64,000 nucleotides of DNA, taken from the NCBI GenBank assembly GCA_964589945.1, contig CAZPVG010000008.1, positions 6,639 to 70,638 on the forward strand, read 5' to 3'. Below are positions 58,103 through 64,000 of the stretch, in pieces (the stretch's first letter is position 1; each line of letters begins with the position of its first letter). Both the position numbers and the translations under genes were made by a program. The notes beneath the pieces are model-generated. The model worked only from the letters and a program-made list of their open reading frames with translations, had not been told where the DNA came from and searched no databases. The stretch is from an uncultured bacterium. GTDB lineage: Bacteria > Eisenbacteria > RBG-16-71-46.

Positions 58103-60496
58103 TCAGGGCGTCGGGTCCGGTGCCGGTGCGAAGACGGGGACGTCGAGGAGAAACCGGCGACTCCTCCAGTCCAGCTTCCTCGCGCCTCCCTCCCCCAGCT
58201 CGTACCAGACGGCCCCCTCGCGGTCGGTCCGGTCCACGACGACGCCGAAGGCGGCGAGGCGCACGAGGACGAGAGGGTGCGGATGGCCGTAGGGGTTTCG
58301 GCGGCCCGCCGAGACGATCGCGCGCGCGGGGCGCGAGCGCGCGAGGAACGACGCGCCGGTGGACGATCCCGAGCCGTGGTGCCCCGCCTTGAGCACGGCC
58401 GCGCCCGGCGCGACCGCGAGCGCCTCCTCGACGAGGCTGTCGGCGTCGGCCATGAGCAGCGCGCGGCCCGCGCCGTCGCCGACCTCGAGGACGAGCGCGG
58501 CCGCGTTGTCACCGCGGACCGAGATCGCTCCCCCGGGCTCGTCCGGGCGCGGCGGCCAGAGCACGCGCGCCGGCGGGAAGCCCGGCAGCGAGTCGCCGCG
58601 CGCGAGCGTGCGCGCCCCGAACCTCTCCGCGGGTCCGGGAACACCGGGGCGGGGCGCGGGCGCGAGCGTCGCGCGCACGGGGAGCGATCGCAGGACGGCG
58701 CGAGCGCCGCCGGTGTGGTCGCCATCGTCGTGCGTGAGCGAGAGCTGCTCGAGCCGCCGCACGCCGGCCCACCGCAGGAACGGCAGCACGGTGGCCTCGC
58801 CGGCGTCGAAGTGCGGCGTGCGCGGGCCCGCGTCCACGAGCCACCAGCGGCCGCCGGCCGCGACCGCGAGCGCGTCGCCCTGGCCGACGTCGAGCGCGAC
58901 GAGCCACCACCGGCCGGGAGGCGGCGCGAGCGGCTGCGCGAGCAACGCGGCGACGAGCGCGACGAAGAAGAGCAGCGCGCCGGCCGCCGCGGCCGTGCGC
59001 GCCGCCCGCGAGCGGCCGAACGCTCGCGCGTCGATCGTGCGCGGGCCCGGCAGCCCGAGCGCCAGCAGCCCCGCTCCCGCGCCCGCGAGCCAGGGCAGCG
59101 CCGGGTGGCCGCCGCACGGCAGCAGCGCGAGCTTCGGCGACGCGGCGACTGCGGCGAGGGCGCCGAGCGCCGCGGCGAGCGGCTCGCAGGCGCGGATCAG
59201 AGGCGCGCCGGCACCGGGCAGCGCCGCCTCGAGCACCCCGCCCAGCCACGCGGCCGCGAGCAGCAGTTCGGCCACGGGCACCGCGGCGAGGTTCGCGACC
59301 AGGCCCGTCCACGGCAGGGCGTGGAAGCGCGCGAGCAGCAGCGGCAGCGCCGTCGCCTGGGCGGCGAGCGTCGTCGTGAACGGGACCGCGAGCCGTCGCA
59401 GCCGCGGGAACCGTTCGAGGGTCGCGGCGAGCGGCGCCGGGAGCGTGACGAGCCCGAGCGTCGCGGCGCACGAGAGCTGGAATCCGAGGTCGCCCGCCCA
59501 CGCGGGCCGCGCGGCCAGCAGCGCGAATGCCGCGAGCGCGAGCGCCTGCAGCGGATCGAGTGCGCGCTGCGTGAGCCGCGCGGCGGCCGCGGCGAGCTCG
59601 CCCGCGCACGCCCGCATCAGCGAGGGCAGCGGCCCCGCGAGGAGCACGTAGAGCGCGGCGCAGGCGGCCCCGGCGACGGCGCGCGCTGCGGGCCCGCCGC
59701 GCGCCGCGGCGACGGCCGCGCGCGCGACAGCCGCGAGCCAGACGACGTGCAGGCCCGACAGCGCGAGCAGGTGCACGAGCCCCGCCGCGCGCAGGCGCGC
59801 GTCGGTCTCGGGCGTCATGGCGCTGCGGTCGCCGAAGAGGAGCGGCGCCGCCAGCTCGCGTGCGCGTGCCGTGAGCGTCCGCGCGAGCGCGCGCTCGATC
59901 GCCCGCCGCAGGCGGAGCGCCGCGGCGACCGGCAGGTGCGCCGCGCCGCGTGCGGGGAGGACCAGCACCGTGTACGCGCGGCCGTGCGCGAGCGCTCCGG
60001 CCGCCGCGGCGGCGCGCGCGGCGTCGAATCCCCCGGGATTGCGCGCGCCGGAGAACCGCTCGAGCCGGGCCAGCACCCGCACCGTGTCCCCCCAGTCGGC
60101 GACGCATCGTTCGGGAAGGCGGAGCCGGATCCGCGCGCCGCGCGGCAGCGCAGGCCTCGCGGCCACGACGCGCGCGAGCGCGACCGGCTCGCCGGACTCG
60201 CGGCGCGCGGGCTCGACCAGCACGCACGCCGCGCGCACGAGCGTTCCGTCGGCGGGCAGCGCCGCGAGCGCCGCCGCGTGACGGGCGTGCGAGGCGGCGC
60301 CGCGCGCCCCGCCCGCGAGCAGCGCGGCGATCGCCACGAGGGCCGCGCCCGTCCTCGGCGGCGCGATCCAGGCGAGCGCCCCGACGGCGAGCGCGACGGC
60401 GAGCAGCGCGAGCGCGACGCCGGCGCCCGCGCCGGCCCCGAGCGAAAGGCCCGCCCACGTCGCGACGGCGATCGGAACCGCGGTCCGTCCCCCCAT
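58103..60496 (-). CDS. comEC: DNA internalisation-related competence protein ComEC/Rec2 (with MBL domain)
   Basis: It has a polytopic Ala/Leu-rich membrane core with LSGLHV. The C-terminal metallo-beta-lactamase domain has LVALDVGQGDALAV, LSLTHDDGDHTGG and KAGHHGS. Confidence 0.88.
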   Translation of the reverse strand: MGGRTAVPIAVATWAGLSLGAGAGAGVALALLAVALAVGALAWIAPPRTGAALVAIAALLAGGARGAASHARHAAALAALPADGTLVRAACVLVEPARRESGEPVALARVVAARPALPRGARIRLRLPERCVADWGDTVRVLARLERFSGARNPGGFDAARAAAAAGALAHGRAYTVLVLPARGAAHLPVAAALRLRRAIERALARTLTARARELAAPLLFGDRSAMTPETDARLRAAGLVHLLALSGLHVVWLAAVARAAVAAARGGPAARAVAGAACAALYVLLAGPLPSLMRACAGELAAAAARLTQRALDPLQALALAAFALLAARPAWAGDLGFQLSCAATLGLVTLPAPLAATLERFPRLRRLAVPFTTTLAAQATALPLLLARFHALPWTGLVANLAAVPVAELLLAAAWLGGVLEAALPGAGAPLIRACEPLAAALGALAAVAASPKLALLPCGGHPALPWLAGAGAGLLALGLPGPRTIDARAFGRSRAARTAAAAGALLFFVALVAALLAQPLAPPPGRWWLVALDVGQGDALAVAAGGRWWLVDAGPRTPHFDAGEATVLPFLRWAGVRRLEQLSLTHDDGDHTGGARAVLRSLPVRATLAPAPRPGVPGPAERFGARTLARGDSLPGFPPARVLWPPRPDEPGGAISVRGDNAAALVLEVGDGAGRALLMADADSLVEEALAVAPGAAVLKAGHHGSGSSTGASFLARSRPARAIVSAGRRNPYGHPHPLVLVRLAAFGVVVDRTDREGAVWYELGEGGARKLDWRSRRFLLDVPVFAPAPDPTP

Positions 60497-60540
60497 GCCC
60501 GCGCGGCGGCGGCGAGAGCCGTGCCAGCGCGCGGCGCGCG

Positions 60541-60578
60541 AAAGAGGCGGCGCCGCCCGCGGGGCGGGCGGCGCCGTC
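60541..60578 (-). terminator. GC-rich hairpin plus short T-tract downstream of the PEGA-protein gene
   Basis: On the minus strand the sequence is GACGGCGCCGCCCGC-CCC-GCGGGCGGCGCCGCC followed by TCTTT. It starts 23 nt after the stop at 60601 and has one mismatch pair in a 15-bp stem. Confidence 0.45.
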
Positions 60579-60600
60579 GTTCACGTCGTGGGCGGATGCG

Positions 60601-63600
60601 TCAGCGCGAGGAACGCCCGCCGGAGCCGCGGGCGAGCTTCGAAGTCTGGACCTCGGAGTAGTACTCGTCTCCCTGCCGCGTCGTGACGCTCACGTACCAG
60701 CGCGTCTCGCCGTTGCGGTCGAACGCCCCGTCGGGGAAGACCGAAGCGACGACGAGCTGGCCCGACGACTTGAGCGGCGTCATGGAATAGCGGCGCCACA
60801 GCCCCTCGCCCGTCCGCACGCGCAGCCAGGCTTCGCCCAGGTCGGAGGCGGTCAGGCCCTCGACCCCCGCCGAGAGCAGCGTGGACTGGCCGGCCGCGAA
60901 CGTCTTCGTGTCGCCGAGAGGCGTGACGGTCACGTTCTCGGTGTCGAGCCCGAACTGGAACATCGCGAAGCGCTGGTTTCCTCCCGGCAAGTCGATCACC
61001 TGAACGGGCGCCGATTCGCCGCGGTACACCACCCGCAGGCTGTGCGGCCCGCGCGGCAGCTCGATCGTGAGCGGCGTCACACCCTTGAGCGTGCCGTCCA
61101 CGTAGACCTGCGCGCCGGGCAGCGGCGCCGAGCCCGTCTCGTCGTTGATCGTGGCCTGCGCCTGGATCACGCCGTCGGCCGGCGCGCTCATGGGCCGCGC
61201 CACGAGCTGGGCCGTCGCACGCACGCCGACTTCGACCGTCTGCACCCAGGCCGGCATGCCCGGCCCGCTGAAGTGCAGCTCGTGCAGCCCGGGCTCGATG
61301 CTCTCGACCTTGAGCGGGGCGTAGCCCGCCTTGCGACCGTCGATCGTGACCGCGATCGGCACGCTGGAATCGGGGTCGAGCACTTCGAGGGTGCCGTTCA
61401 GCGACTCGGAGACCGTCAGCTTCTCGCCCCGGCGGCCCTTGAGCGGGACGGTCACGCCGCCGAGCCCCGGCAGCAGCAGCTTCACGGTGTGGTCGCCCTG
61501 CGTGAGATCGAGCTTCGCGGGCGTCCGGGTCGCCTGGGGCTTGCCGTCGATCTCGATCTGGGCGCCCGAGGGCGAGCTGTCGATGCTGACGGAGAACTGC
61601 GCCGGGCCGAGCCCGATCGCGCGCAGCGCGCTGACGATCGGCCCTCCCCGGTCCCCCGGACTCGCGAGGCCACCGACGAGCCAGCCGACGAGGAACACGG
61701 CGACGACGCCGACGGCCCAGGTGACGGGCCGGCGGAGCAGCGGAACCTTCCGGTGAAGGGGCTCCTCGGGCGCTTCGAACGCGCGGGCGCGACGCACGGG
61801 CGCCTCGCCGCGGCGGCGATCCTCGAGCCACGGCACCGAGTCGTCCTCGAACGATGGCGCGGCGGCGCGCGCCTCGGCGGCCGGCGGTTCGGCGGCGCGC
61901 GGCGCCTCCGGCGCGGCCACCGGTTCCGTCAGCGCTGTCGTCTCGAGAGGGCGCGGCACGGGGGGCAGGTCGAGCTCGCGGTGCGCGAACTCGATCACGG
62001 GCGCGGGCGGCGGAGCGGGAGCGGGAGTGGCGACGCGCGCCTCCGTCTCCTCGGGAGCGGCCGCGGGCGGCAGCTCGGCGGCCGCCGGCGCTTCGGCGGA
62101 AGCGGGCGGGGGTGCGGGCTCGACCTCGGCCGCCGGAGGCGACGCCGGCTCGGGCTCGTGGACCGGAGGAGAGTCCGAGATGACGACGTGTCCCGTCACC
62201 GGCGGGGGGACATCGGCCGGCGGCTCGGGCTCGGGCGTGGCCGCGGGCGGGCTCGCGCCCTCCTGCCGGGGCACCTGCGGGATGGCGAAGGTCTCGTGGG
62301 CACCAACAGGCTCGTGGTCGATCCCGAGCGGCTGCTCCCCCGCCTGCGCGGGGACCTCGGGCGAGAGCCTGGGCATCGCCTCGACGTCGGCCTCTTCCAT
62401 CTCTCGCAGCAGGTCCTGGAGCCGCTGGTTGACGGCGAAGGAACCCGAAGGCGAGTCCTGGTGGACGTGTGCCCCGGTGGCCGGCGCGGCCGGCTCCGAC
62501 GCCGGCGGCGCGGGCAGGCGGCCGGCCGCTTCGTCCGTGGCGCGCGCGCCGAGAACGTCGGCGATCCCGGCGGGCCGGAGCCCCACGGGCTCCGCGGGCA
62601 TCGCCGGGGCTGCAGCGGCTGACGGCGACCCGGCGCTTTCGCCGGCGAGATCCAGCGCGGTCTGCGCCGTGTCGTCCGGCACTCCGGGCTCGGAAATCAG
62701 CGAGTCGTACGCGGAGACGGGCGCAGCCTGGTCCTCCACCAGGGCCGGCTCGGGCCCGCGTGGTGCGCGGCGTCCCCAGCCCAGCACGCGCGCGAGCCAG
62801 CGCGCCACCGGATGCTGGGGCTTCTCCGGTTCCACCGCCTCCTGCTCCACTGGCGCGGCCTCGAAGCGGACGTCCTCTTCGGCGGCGTCGGGCTGCGATG
62901 CCGGCGGCTCCGCCGCGACGGGCACGCGCGCCGGCGCGATCTGCGTCGGCCGGGACGCGACGTCTGCTTCGAAACGCGCTTCGGGCTGCGCGGGCTGCGG
63001 CACATCGGCCGACCGCTCGTACGGATGCTCGGCCAGCCCGGGCTGCTGGACCGGCAGGGATTCGGGCAGGTCGGGATAGAACGCGCGCTCGACGGCCGGC
63101 GGGGCCGGCGCGGGTTCGACGTGCACGTCGGCCTCGGGCGCCGTCACGGCCGGTTCCGGCCGTGGCGGGGCGGCCGCGGCCTGGGGCGCCGCCTGGCCCG
63201 CGGCCGCGTCGCAGATCCACTCGGCTTCGAGCGAGGCCGGAGCGGGAGCATCGTCTGCTCCCTGCGGCCAGTAGTCGAGCGTCACGACGACGTCGGAGCC
63301 CGGGGCGAAGACCGCCGCGCGCGCCTCGCGACCGCCTTCGTCGCGCACGAGCACCCACTGCGGCTCGACCGGGTCGCCGTCCACGAGCACGTGCACGCGC
63401 GCCTCCCCCACCCAGCCGAAGGCGGCGCCTTCGGGGCGGTCCACGAAGGCGCTCGAGCAGGGCTTCGGCAGCTCGAGCCGGTCCCAGAGCTCGGAGTGCG
63501 AGAAGAGCAGGCCCGTGAGGGCGTGATGGAGCAATGCCGGAATCGCGCGGGTCCGGGTGTCGGCCCGGGACGTCTCCACGGCGACGCCGGCCAGGTCGTG

Positions 63601-63753
63601 CAGCCAGCCCTCGATCTCCGGCTGGCTGAAGCCCGCGGGCACGCCGAGCACGACCAGCTCCAGTTCCGAGCGGTTGATGCCGGCGGTCAGAACTTCGCCA
63701 CCGGACCGCGCGGAAACGGCCCAGCGCGATGCGGAGCTGCTGGCGAGGGTCAT
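60601..63753 (-). CDS. Large single-pass membrane protein: N-terminal globular domain, ~550-aa Pro/Ala/Glu-rich disordered linker, TM helix, tandem PEGA domains
   Basis: The TM helix is VTWAVGVVAVFLVGWLVGGLA. At least three PEGA-type repeats follow (GAQIEIDGKPQATRTPAKLDLTQGDHTVKL, VTIDGRKAGYAPLKVESIEPGLHELHF and AQVYVDGTLKGVTPLTIELPRGPHSLRV). I do not recognise the N-terminal ~190 aa. Confidence 0.8.
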   Translation of the reverse strand: MTLASSSASRWAVSARSGGEVLTAGINRSELELVVLGVPAGFSQPEIEGWLHDLAGVAVETSRADTRTRAIPALLHHALTGLLFSHSELWDRLELPKPCSSAFVDRPEGAAFGWVGEARVHVLVDGDPVEPQWVLVRDEGGREARAAVFAPGSDVVVTLDYWPQGADDAPAPASLEAEWICDAAAGQAAPQAAAAPPRPEPAVTAPEADVHVEPAPAPPAVERAFYPDLPESLPVQQPGLAEHPYERSADVPQPAQPEARFEADVASRPTQIAPARVPVAAEPPASQPDAAEEDVRFEAAPVEQEAVEPEKPQHPVARWLARVLGWGRRAPRGPEPALVEDQAAPVSAYDSLISEPGVPDDTAQTALDLAGESAGSPSAAAAPAMPAEPVGLRPAGIADVLGARATDEAAGRLPAPPASEPAAPATGAHVHQDSPSGSFAVNQRLQDLLREMEEADVEAMPRLSPEVPAQAGEQPLGIDHEPVGAHETFAIPQVPRQEGASPPAATPEPEPPADVPPPVTGHVVISDSPPVHEPEPASPPAAEVEPAPPPASAEAPAAAELPPAAAPEETEARVATPAPAPPPAPVIEFAHRELDLPPVPRPLETTALTEPVAAPEAPRAAEPPAAEARAAAPSFEDDSVPWLEDRRRGEAPVRRARAFEAPEEPLHRKVPLLRRPVTWAVGVVAVFLVGWLVGGLASPGDRGGPIVSALRAIGLGPAQFSVSIDSSPSGAQIEIDGKPQATRTPAKLDLTQGDHTVKLLLPGLGGVTVPLKGRRGEKLTVSESLNGTLEVLDPDSSVPIAVTIDGRKAGYAPLKVESIEPGLHELHFSGPGMPAWVQTVEVGVRATAQLVARPMSAPADGVIQAQATINDETGSAPLPGAQVYVDGTLKGVTPLTIELPRGPHSLRVVYRGESAPVQVIDLPGGNQRFAMFQFGLDTENVTVTPLGDTKTFAAGQSTLLSAGVEGLTASDLGEAWLRVRTGEGLWRRYSMTPLKSSGQLVVASVFPDGAFDRNGETRWYVSVTTRQGDEYYSEVQTSKLARGSGGRSSR

Positions 63754-63860
63754 CGAGGGGCTCCTTCCCCGAAACGTGGGCGCGCACGCTTCGCTGCGTA
63801 CGGACGCGACGGGCGCACGCTAGCCAACGGCGTTGCAAGTGTCAACGGCGGACGGGGTTG

Positions 63861-63875
63861 TGGCATAGGTCTTGC
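63861..63875 (+). promoter_or_regulatory. Sigma54-type -24/-12 promoter element (TGGCAT-N5-TTGC)
   Basis: TGGCATAGGTCTTGCC matches the TGGCAC-N5-TTGCW consensus with correct GG/GC spacing. It lies in the intergenic region right of the PEGA gene start and points toward the window edge. Confidence 0.4.
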
Positions 63876-64000
63876 CCTGATACTCCCTGTCCCCCGGCGG
63901 AAACGTCGTTCATTCCGCCCGAGGGTCGTGGGAACGGTTGCAAGTTGACCCTTCCTTGCGTTGCGAGATGCATGCCGGTCGCGCTAGCGTGCCGGCTGAA

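Noticed and set aside
57776-62622. Plus-strand ORFs of 961 and 890 aa (57776..60661 and 59950..62622) and a 691-aa minus ORF (58509..60584)
   Set aside because: All have extreme Arg/Gly/Ala/Pro composition. They overlap the recognisable ComEC gene and the PEGA-protein gene, which contain TM helices and domain repeats in a different frame.

Overview
Very GC-rich (roughly 70% by eye) chromosomal segment from a diderm bacterium, shown by LptE, an Omp85-like barrel, RND efflux genes and an outer-membrane barrel protein. The lineage cannot be assigned from sequence alone. Coding density is high: I call about 49 protein genes, and roughly three quarters of the window, from about 19.9 kb onward, is transcribed on the minus strand. 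Many genes are joined by 4-nt ATGA/GTGA stop-start overlaps. Most content is core housekeeping: leuS, holA, lptE, uvrC, xerD, xerC, rpsT, dapB/A/F, topA, smg, secA, csp, guaA, purH/C/N, slt and comEC. Accessory content includes a WlbABC/WbpBDE-like diacetamido-sugar cluster beside a GAF-GGDEF cyclase and a sigma54 two-component pair. It also includes an MFP-RND efflux pair, GH57, DUF1080 and a SplB-like radical SAM gene. I found no rRNA, tRNA, CRISPR array, transposase or phage genes. Many long ORFs in the six-frame track are Arg/Ala/Gly/Pro-rich shadow frames of real genes, typical of high-GC DNA, and are rejected. The most interesting signal is a tightly coupled cassette at 23.5-28.7 kb, directly downstream of uvrC-xerD. 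It encodes a small OM barrel, a CPSF73-type beta-CASP nuclease, an SNF2 ATPase with an N-terminal Tudor-like (PcrA/UvrD-type) domain, and an orphan 376-aa Zn-ribbon protein. I read it as a candidate RNA-polymerase-directed rescue or termination module. Lesser signals are an AT-rich hairpin after leuS, an SOS-box-like palindrome before the SplB-like gene, and a sigma54-type promoter at the right edge. There are also an LptE gene with no canonical start codon and two unusual multidomain envelope proteins. All protein calls rest on motifs read from the translations and recalled family signatures. No database search was run.
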